From: an uncultured Planctomycetales bacterium
GTDB taxonomy: Bacteria > Omnitrophota > Gorgyraeia > Gygaellales > Profunditerraquicolaceae
Direction: 5' to 3'
NCBI GenBank assembly: GCA_964603585.1
Contig: CAZRVK010000001.1
Coordinates: 438,541-502,540, forward strand
Length of the DNA stretch: 64,000 nucleotides
The translations under genes and the position numbers were made by a program. A model generated the notes under the pieces. It made no database searches, was not told the DNA's origin, and was given only the letters and a program-made list of their open reading frames with translations. This document shows positions 10,196 through 17,064 of the stretch, in pieces. Each line of letters starts with the position of its first letter. Within the stretch, counting starts at the first letter, position 1.

Positions 10196-12391
10196 TTAAC
10201 TGATAAACAGCATTTCCCTGTACTTAGGCAGGTCCCAGACATTATCCGGAACAACTTCTTCCAATGCATCAACGTGCTTGCGGATATGTTCCATTAACGG
10301 CTTAAGCTCATGAAAATAAAGCTGTGCGCGTTTCTCATTACTAAGAGGCCTGGCGCGCTCAAGCAATTTGACCATCTCTTGCGCATTGCGCCTGACATAA
10401 TAGATCTTTGCTACGATATCGCTCAAATGATATTTCTTATCCTCTAAAGCTGCTTTATCAATCTTAAGGCCGGCGGCATTTTTTAAAGCCACCAATTCAG
10501 AAAGTGAGCCGGCAAGAAGTTTTTCATAAATATATCCGGCCGGAACAACGGAAGCGTTGACCATTTCATTTAAGGTATTAGCTTCGATCTCTAAAGTAAG
10601 GTTATACATATGCACCCAGATATGATTCCGGGCAAGTATTTCTTCCTTAGAATAAACATTATATTTCTCGAATAACGCTATATTCTTTTCGTCTGCCAAA
10701 GCCTCTAACGCCTGGTAAGTTGAAGCGATATTCGGCAATCCTCTTTTCTTGGCCTCTTTAATCCATTCCGGCGAATAATTATTCCCCTCGAAACGAATAT
10801 CCTTGGTTTGTTTGACAATAGTACTAACCACTTTTAAGACCGCAGAATTGAAATCCTTACCCTGGGAACTTGCCATTTTGATCTGACCAGACACATAATC
10901 AAGGCTCTCGGCAATTATCGTATTCAATACCGCGATTGCCGTTGATATATTCTGCGATGAACCTACGGCACGAAATTCAAATTTGGCCCCGGTAAATGCA
11001 AACGGCGAAGTACGGTTCCTATCCGTAGAATCTTTATTGAAACTTGGCAAACGGCTGATACCCAGATCAATAATATCCCGTTTTGATACTTTTGCCTTCA
11101 CCCCAGCCTCCAGCATATTTAAGACCCCGGTTAATTGTTCTCCCAGGAATACACTAATGATCGCCGGAGGAGCTTCATTTGCGCCTAAACGGTGCTCATT
11201 ACCGGCTAAAGCCACTGACGCACGCAAAAGGTCCGCATGCAAATATACCGCCCTTAAAACCGCAGCCAAAACCGTTAAGAATTGCAGATTGTCCTGTGGA
11301 GTTTCCCCCGGATTAAGCAGATTATTCCCTTTATCATCCGACAAAGACCAATTAAGATGTTTACCGCTGCCATTAATACCGGCAAAAGGCTTTTCATGCA
11401 ACAAGCATACCAGATTATGCCGCAAAGCTACTTTTTTAAGCAACTCCATAAGCAGTTGATTGTGGTCCGCGGCAAGATTAGACTCTTCGAATATAGGAGC
11501 AAACTCGTATTGATGCGGAGCAACTTCATTATGGCGGGTCATAAGCGGAATACCCAGTTTATATGCCTCCTCGGCAACCTCAAACATAAAATTAACCACT
11601 CGCTCTTTGATCGTGCCGAAATACTGGTCTTCCAACTGCTGGCCTTTAGGGCTTGGTGCACCGATCAAAGTACGTCCGGTCATCACCAGATCCTGTCGCA
11701 AATTGTAATAATTCTTATCGATCAAAAAATACTCCTGCTCCGGTCCGCAGGTAGAAAAAACCTTTTTAATATCCTTATGCCCAAAAAGCTTAAGTAATCC
11801 CAAAGCGGATTTATTTAAAGCATCATCAGACCGTAAAAGCGGCAGCTTTTTATCTAAAGAAGCGCCATGATATGAAATAAATATGCTCGGGATACAAAGG
11901 GTCTTACCGAGGGTGCTTTCAATGATAAAAGCCGGGCTGGAAGGGTCCCATGCAGTATAACCCCTTGCCTCAAAGGTAGCACGTATCCCTCCGGAAGGAA
12001 AACTTGAGGCATCCGGTTCACCCTGGATTAATTTACTCCCGGAAAATTTCTCGATCACCTTTGCCTGTCCAGCAAAAGAAATGAAACTATCATGCTTCTC
12101 CGCAGTAAGCCCGGTCATCGGCTGGAACCAATGCGTATAATAAGTTGCCCCTTTTGCTATCGCCCAGTCCTTCATGGCATTAGCGATCTCATTAGCCTGG
12201 GTTAGACTTATGTTTTTTCCTTCCAGGATCCAGGACTGAAAAGCCTCAAAGGTATTTTCGGATATATGCTTGCGCATCGCCTCAAGGCTAAAGGTATTCT
12301 CTCCGAAATAAGCAGAAACTTTTTTGGCCGGGCAAGTTTTATCCAACTCGACGCTTTTAATCTTAAACAATGCTTTTTGTCTTATACTCAT
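10196..12391 (-). CDS. glnN: glutamine synthetase type III
   Basis: 731 aa, the GSIII size class, with GS catalytic-domain motifs (GINGSGKHLNWSL). Follows amt-glnK. Confidence 0.85.
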   Translation of the reverse strand: MSIRQKALFKIKSVELDKTCPAKKVSAYFGENTFSLEAMRKHISENTFEAFQSWILEGKNISLTQANEIANAMKDWAIAKGATYYTHWFQPMTGLTAEKHDSFISFAGQAKVIEKFSGSKLIQGEPDASSFPSGGIRATFEARGYTAWDPSSPAFIIESTLGKTLCIPSIFISYHGASLDKKLPLLRSDDALNKSALGLLKLFGHKDIKKVFSTCGPEQEYFLIDKNYYNLRQDLVMTGRTLIGAPSPKGQQLEDQYFGTIKERVVNFMFEVAEEAYKLGIPLMTRHNEVAPHQYEFAPIFEESNLAADHNQLLMELLKKVALRHNLVCLLHEKPFAGINGSGKHLNWSLSDDKGNNLLNPGETPQDNLQFLTVLAAVLRAVYLHADLLRASVALAGNEHRLGANEAPPAIISVFLGEQLTGVLNMLEAGVKAKVSKRDIIDLGISRLPSFNKDSTDRNRTSPFAFTGAKFEFRAVGSSQNISTAIAVLNTIIAESLDYVSGQIKMASSQGKDFNSAVLKVVSTIVKQTKDIRFEGNNYSPEWIKEAKKRGLPNIASTYQALEALADEKNIALFEKYNVYSKEEILARNHIWVHMYNLTLEIEANTLNEMVNASVVPAGYIYEKLLAGSLSELVALKNAAGLKIDKAALEDKKYHLSDIVAKIYYVRRNAQEMVKLLERARPLSNEKRAQLYFHELKPLMEHIRKHVDALEEVVPDNVWDLPKYREMLFIS

Positions 12392-12421
12392 ATAATCCTC
12401 CTCAAAAGTAAAAATAAAATG

Positions 12422-12763
12422 TTATCCTATTGCTACCGGGCCGCGTTCTTCAGTACGTATACGCACGCATTCCAGAAGGTCTAAAACAAAGATCTTGCCA
12501 TCTCCGGTCTCTTGGGTCTTGGCCCCACTCACAACCGCTCGAATCGTCGGCTCTAAAAAACTGTCATTCACTGCGATCTCCAGCCTAATCTTGCGTAAAA
12601 GGTTACCCGTCTCTTTCGCCCCGCGATAGATCTCGGTTACCCCCATCTGCCGGCCATGCCCCAGCACCTCACTCACAGTGATAAGATTCACCTCTGCTTT
12701 ATATAATTCTTCTTTTACCGATTCTAATTTATCCGGTTGAATAATCGCTATAACTAATTTCAT
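12422..12763 (-). CDS. glnK: P-II nitrogen regulatory protein
   Basis: 113 aa. MKLVIAIIQPDKLESVKEEL and a T-loop region GHGRQMG. Lies directly downstream of amt. Confidence 0.85.
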   Translation of the reverse strand: MKLVIAIIQPDKLESVKEELYKAEVNLITVSEVLGHGRQMGVTEIYRGAKETGNLLRKIRLEIAVNDSFLEPTIRAVVSGAKTQETGDGKIFVLDLLECVRIRTEERGPVAIG

Positions 12764-12859
12764 TGAACACCTCCGCTTTTTATCTAATTAAATCATTTAA
12801 ACCAGCCGGAATCAGCAGAAATAACCCAGGATCACCCAAAGAATGTATAGCCTGCCGTA

Positions 12860-14089
12860 TTATTCCAAAACAGTGTATGCCCTTTCGCGATGCTGGGTAA
12901 GGTCCAAACCCATTAACTCGGACTTTTTATCTACCCTGACACCAATAAATAAATCAACTATCTTATATATCACGATCGTGATCACGCTCGTATAAACAAT
13001 GGTTATCCCTACCGCAGCTAACTGCACTAATAATTGTTTTGGATTGCCGAAAAACAGACCGTCCGCACCAGCCGCATTTACTGTTTTGGAGGCAAATAAC
13101 CCGGTTGCGATTGCACCCCAAATCCCGCCAATACAATGGACGCCAAAAGCATCAAGAGAATCATCGTATCCGAATTTAGGCTTAATTACTGTAACCGCAA
13201 TAAAACAAAAAACACTGACCAGCAAACCAATAATGACAGCCGGGACCACACTGACAAAACCTGCGGCAGGAGTGATCGCAACCAAACCGGCAACTGCGCC
13301 TGAACATAAACCGAATATCGTAGGCTTGCCATTATGATACCATTCAATCAATGCCCAGCTTAACCCGGCAGATGCTGCCGCGGTATTAGTAACTACAAAA
13401 GCGTTGACCGCCAACCCGTTTGCCGCAAGCGCACTGCCGGCATTGAAACCAAACCAGCCGAACCACAATAAACCTGTACCCAGGACTACGAAAGGCATAT
13501 TATGCGGAGTAGGCACATTCTTTTCTAAATTAGTCCGTTTGCCTAAAACAACTGCCGTTATAAGTGCGGCGATCCCGGCATTAATATGCACGACTGTGCC
13601 TCCGGCAAAATCTAAAGCCCCCCAATTACGCAGGAACCCTCCGATTGCCCATACCCAATGACAAAGCGGGGCATAAACAAAAGTTGCCCAAAGTAAAGTA
13701 AAAACAAGAAACGCCGAGAATTTCATCCGTTCGGCAAAAGCTCCAATGATCAAGGCCGGGGTGATGATCGCAAACATACATTGAAAGATCATGAACGCCT
13801 GATGCGGAATAGTTCCGGCATAATCCGGGTACGGCTCTAAACCTACCCCGGATAAACCTGCCCATGAAAACCCTCCCCAAAACCCTTTTCCCGGGGCAAA
13901 AGACAGGCTATATCCGATCAAAACCCAATGAATACTTAAGATACACATTACGATAAAACACTGCATCAAAACACTAAGGACGTTTTTTCTCCTGACCATA
14001 CCCCCATAAAAAAAAGCCAAAGCCGGGGTCATAAGCAGAACCAAAGCCGATGAAATTAAGACCCACGCCGTATCCCCTGAATTTATCAT
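12860..14089 (-). CDS. amt: ammonium transporter
   Basis: 409 aa multi-TM protein with Amt/MEP signatures (DFAGGTVVHINAG, GAFAERMKF). Confidence 0.9.
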   Translation of the reverse strand: MINSGDTAWVLISSALVLLMTPALAFFYGGMVRRKNVLSVLMQCFIVMCILSIHWVLIGYSLSFAPGKGFWGGFSWAGLSGVGLEPYPDYAGTIPHQAFMIFQCMFAIITPALIIGAFAERMKFSAFLVFTLLWATFVYAPLCHWVWAIGGFLRNWGALDFAGGTVVHINAGIAALITAVVLGKRTNLEKNVPTPHNMPFVVLGTGLLWFGWFGFNAGSALAANGLAVNAFVVTNTAAASAGLSWALIEWYHNGKPTIFGLCSGAVAGLVAITPAAGFVSVVPAVIIGLLVSVFCFIAVTVIKPKFGYDDSLDAFGVHCIGGIWGAIATGLFASKTVNAAGADGLFFGNPKQLLVQLAAVGITIVYTSVITIVIYKIVDLFIGVRVDKKSELMGLDLTQHRERAYTVLE

Positions 14090-14142
14090 ATCATGCTCCT
14101 TGATTTAACCTTTCCACGGATCCTGTTTTGCTTTTTCATCTC

Positions 14143-14186
14143 AAAAAAAAGAGACGACTTCCCTTTGCCAGGTTGAAGACGTCTCT
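14143..14186 (-). terminator. intrinsic terminator 2 in the amt leader
   Basis: On the minus strand, AGAGACGuCUUC...GAAGuCGUCUCU forms a 12-bp stem with one mismatch, followed by UUUUUUUU. It sits about 50 nt upstream of the amt ATG. Confidence 0.55.
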
Positions 14187-14252
14187 GTCTTTTTGAAAAA
14201 ATAAGGCCCTTCTCAAAGCACTCATTGCTTGAAAAAGGGCATCTTTGTCCCT

Positions 14253-14285
14253 AAAAAAAGAAGCCCCAAAACTATTTGGGGCTTC
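14253..14285 (-). terminator. intrinsic terminator 1 (for the Zn-ribbon gene and/or an amt leader attenuator)
   Basis: On the minus strand, GAAGCCCCAAAUAGUUUUGGGGCUUC is followed by UUUUUUU. Confidence 0.6.
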
Positions 14286-14314
14286 TTTGCCTCTTTGACA
14301 TCGCTGTCAAAGTG

Positions 14315-14342
14315 AGTATATCATTTTCTTTTTTCTTGTCAA
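14315..14342 (-). promoter_or_regulatory. sigma70-like promoter upstream of the amt leader
   Basis: On the minus strand, TTGACA, a 16-nt spacer, then TATACT. It is followed by the palindrome CTTTGACAgcgaTGTCAAAG. Confidence 0.4.
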
Positions 14343-14376
14343 GTATTATTTTTCAGCAGACTCGCTTAAAACATTC

Positions 14377-14580
14377 TTAACGTCCTTCGTTCTTACGCTT
14401 CGAGTAACAATCCTTGCAATATATCGGACGGTCTTCTCTGGGTTTAAACGGGACCTCGCATTCTTTTTTGCACTCCGAACAAACTGCCTTGTGCATTTCT
14501 CTTGGCCCGCCGAATCCACCACCCTGGTATCCCATTGTTTCCTCCTTCGCCTTAGTTAACCCCAATACTGTCTTCATCAT
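14377..14580 (-). CDS. CxxC-x17-CxxC zinc-ribbon protein
   Basis: 67 aa. CSECKKECEVPFKPREDRPIYCKDCYSKRK matches the VPFKP..DRP.YC..C family signature. Confidence 0.5.
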   Translation of the reverse strand: MMKTVLGLTKAKEETMGYQGGGFGGPREMHKAVCSECKKECEVPFKPREDRPIYCKDCYSKRKNEGR

Positions 14581-14654
14581 GGGGGTATTCCTATTAAAAG
14601 GTTCGACCTTCAGCTGTGATTATAGGTCTTTTAAGAAAGAATGCAAGCCTTTCT

Positions 14655-14846
14655 TTATTCTCGAATATCCTGCCCAGAGGAACACCCTTCAGGCCCAATA
14701 TCAGCATCCAGCGTTTTTTTCTCTATTTTCTTCTGTTTCTTTTCCTCGGCTTTTTTCTTACGCGCCAATTCTTTCTGGTACTTCTTAAATGAATAATTAT
14801 CTCTATTCACAATACTCCCCCTTTTGTTAAGTTTTAAACAGTCCAT
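14655..14846 (-). CDS. small lysine-rich basic protein, unknown function
   Basis: 63-aa ORF with a K/E-rich coiled segment and no recognisable motif. Confidence 0.3.
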   Translation of the reverse strand: MDCLKLNKRGSIVNRDNYSFKKYQKELARKKKAEEKKQKKIEKKTLDADIGPEGCSSGQDIRE

Positions 14847-14867
14847 TATTGCAAACCACTCAAACGC

Positions 14868-16325
14868 CTAAAAACATAAACCTTTCAATAACTCCGGCAA
14901 AAGCGTTTTATAAAGAAAGCTTTTCGAATGTTTACGGCAAAGATATTGCAGGAATACCGGGGATTTCCTATTTAAGAATTCCGGATAATCCAAGGGATGC
15001 CTCTTAAAACGGCTCTCCCATTCTACCCAATCTTCCATTATTCTGGATATCCTCACCCCAGCTTTTTCCTTGAAGGCATAGAGTGTTTTCTGAAAAACCT
15101 GGCTATCATAAAGCCGGTCCATAGCATAGGATAACTTCTCTATTTTCTTTACCTGCTCTTCAGTCATAACATCGCTTTTATATGCATAATACGGGGGATG
15201 CGGATCGTATTTTATCCCAAATGCCGCGGCTTTATCCCGTAAAACCGTACCCGGAAGCAATCTTAAACGGAAAATCACTACTTTTGCCGGCTGCAAAGAA
15301 TAAAGCCAATCCAATGCCTCCATCAGATTGTCATAACTCTGATAAGGAAGTATGTCAATAAGCTGTATTTCATAATAAAGCTTGTATTTATTCAAGTGCC
15401 TTATACCCTGTAAGAATCTTTCTTTATTGAAGATGCGATTAACCGCTTTTAAGGTTTTAAGATTTGTGCTCTGGATACCGATCTCGATATTGTAGGCATT
15501 GGCTTTTGATAAAAGATATGCCATCTCTTCATCAACTAATTCTGCTTTTAGCTCTAAATGCAAATTAGATCCCTGATTGTACCTAACAAAGATCTTGAGG
15601 ATATCCTTGGCCCTTTTAGGATCAGAATTGAAAGTAGCATCCATTAAATAAACTTCATGGGGCTTATGGGAAAGAATAAGCTTTAACTCCCTCTCTACCC
15701 TGGCCAGAGGGAACTTTCTGACTACAGGGAAATTCTTATGATAATAACAATAATGACAACTGGAATAACAGCCTCGCATGGTCTCCAAAGGCACATCAAC
15801 GATTTTCTTATCTTCAAGATCCACCAATCCGGATAAATAAGGTGAAGGGATCCTGCCGATATTACGCATAAGCGGCCTATCCGGATTATGAATGATCTGC
15901 TTATTCTTACGAAAAGATACCCCTTTGGTTTTAAATAGGTCTCGGAACAACTCTACAAAACTCTCTTCTGCCTCACCTCTGGCCACAACATCCACCGCTT
16001 TTTCTTGAAACAATATATCTTCTGCCCTGGGGCTTACTTCCGGCCCGCCCAAAATGATCTTTATCCCCGGCTCCCTCTGTTTTAACCGGCGGCAAATACT
16101 CAAGATCTTTTCAATATTCCAGAGGTAACAGGAAAAACCAATTGCCTGCGGCTTAACCTGAAGGATCTTGCGTATGATCTCCCGGATACTTTGATTTTCA
16201 GGAAAAACACCGATAATAACCTCAAAAGAAGGATTAACTTTGAGCATATAAGCTTTTAGATAATAAAGAGCCAGCTGTACATCAGTACCGGTTTCCAGGC
16301 AAATAGAAGAAAGCAATATTTTCAT
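14868..16325 (-). CDS. B12-binding domain radical SAM protein
   Basis: N-terminal B12-binding-like domain, then a radical SAM domain with the CYSSCHYC (Cx3Cx2C) cluster motif. Confidence 0.8.
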   Translation of the reverse strand: MKILLSSICLETGTDVQLALYYLKAYMLKVNPSFEVIIGVFPENQSIREIIRKILQVKPQAIGFSCYLWNIEKILSICRRLKQREPGIKIILGGPEVSPRAEDILFQEKAVDVVARGEAEESFVELFRDLFKTKGVSFRKNKQIIHNPDRPLMRNIGRIPSPYLSGLVDLEDKKIVDVPLETMRGCYSSCHYCYYHKNFPVVRKFPLARVERELKLILSHKPHEVYLMDATFNSDPKRAKDILKIFVRYNQGSNLHLELKAELVDEEMAYLLSKANAYNIEIGIQSTNLKTLKAVNRIFNKERFLQGIRHLNKYKLYYEIQLIDILPYQSYDNLMEALDWLYSLQPAKVVIFRLRLLPGTVLRDKAAAFGIKYDPHPPYYAYKSDVMTEEQVKKIEKLSYAMDRLYDSQVFQKTLYAFKEKAGVRISRIMEDWVEWESRFKRHPLDYPEFLNRKSPVFLQYLCRKHSKSFLYKTLLPELLKGLCF

Positions 16326-16597
16326 TTGACGATAATTAGTGACGTATAGGTTTAATACCGGCCTTACCCCGGTAATGGCAAGGATTTAATTGTACTCCCC
16401 TCTATGCTGACTGTCTATATATATTTAGGATAAAATCAGCCTCAAAGATCATTATTTTAGGGTTGTATCTTGCTTAACTTATTTAATTACAGATACTTAA
16501 GAATAGCAACTTGATCGTCCAATAAAAACCATACATTCTGGCTTACTTGAAATCGATAACTTAGTGTGCTATATTTATATAGGAAATAGAGCTTACT

Positions 16598-16678
16598 GAT
16601 AAAGGCAAACTAGCAGCAATGCTGGGACGCAAAGCTTCCGGCCCAAGGTCTTGGGCAGCGGGGTTACCAAAGAAGCAA
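16598..16678 (+). ncRNA. c-di-GMP-I (GEMM) riboswitch
   Basis: AAAGGCAAAC, then a P2 hairpin AGCA-GCAA-UGCU with a GNRA loop, then GGGACGCAAAGCUUCCGGCC...GGCAGCGGGGUUACCAAAG. This is a near-consensus match to the Vc2-type aptamer. Confidence 0.72.
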
Positions 16679-16688
16679 AAAACCGCTA

Positions 16689-16713
16689 ACCCTAAAGTAA
16701 TTTAGGGTTTTTG
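16689..16713 (+). terminator. riboswitch expression-platform terminator 1
   Basis: ACCCUAAAguaaUUUAGGGU followed by UUUU. Confidence 0.5.
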
Positions 16714-16721
16714 TATTACGT

Positions 16722-16750
16722 GCCCAGCAAAAAATGCTGGGCTTTTTTAT
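16722..16750 (+). terminator. riboswitch expression-platform terminator 2
   Basis: GCCCAGCAaaaaaUGCUGGGC followed by UUUUUUAUU, 12 nt before the ATG. Confidence 0.55.
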
Positions 16751-16762
16751 TGCGGAGCGAAA

Positions 16763-17059
16763 ATGGCTAAGAAAATAAGAGTTTTTACCTTAATTCTGGG
16801 AGCTATATTCCTGCTTACCTACCAATACGCTTGGGCAGGAGACAGCTACTCCATAAAAGTTTCCTGTGTAATACCGGCGATACCCGGATTTAACGCCCCA
16901 ACCATCATTGAGAAAACAGCCGTTAAACCTAAAGCGGAAGAACCTGTATATAAGGAATCTAATAATAAAGGACTGATCCAGAAGGAAACAAAAAAAGAAA
17001 TTATCTCAAGAGGACAGGAACCAACTTTAATAGCCTTACAAACAGTATATGTAAAATAA
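16763..17059 (+). CDS. small secreted protein (signal peptide), unknown function
   Basis: 98 aa. N-terminal hydrophobic signal LILGAIFLLTYQYAWAG. The only plus-strand gene in the area and the riboswitch target. Confidence 0.45.
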   Translation: MAKKIRVFTLILGAIFLLTYQYAWAGDSYSIKVSCVIPAIPGFNAPTIIEKTAVKPKAEEPVYKESNNKGLIQKETKKEIISRGQEPTLIALQTVYVK

Positions 17060-17064
17060 AACCT

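Noticed and set aside
14090-14376. sigma54 (-24/-12 TGGCAC-N5-TTGC) promoter upstream of amt/glnK/glnN
   Set aside because: The only TGGCA occurrence lacks a correctly spaced TTGC. A sigma70-like promoter plus terminators fits better. The same negative result holds upstream of the porin-amt2 operon (38968..39267).
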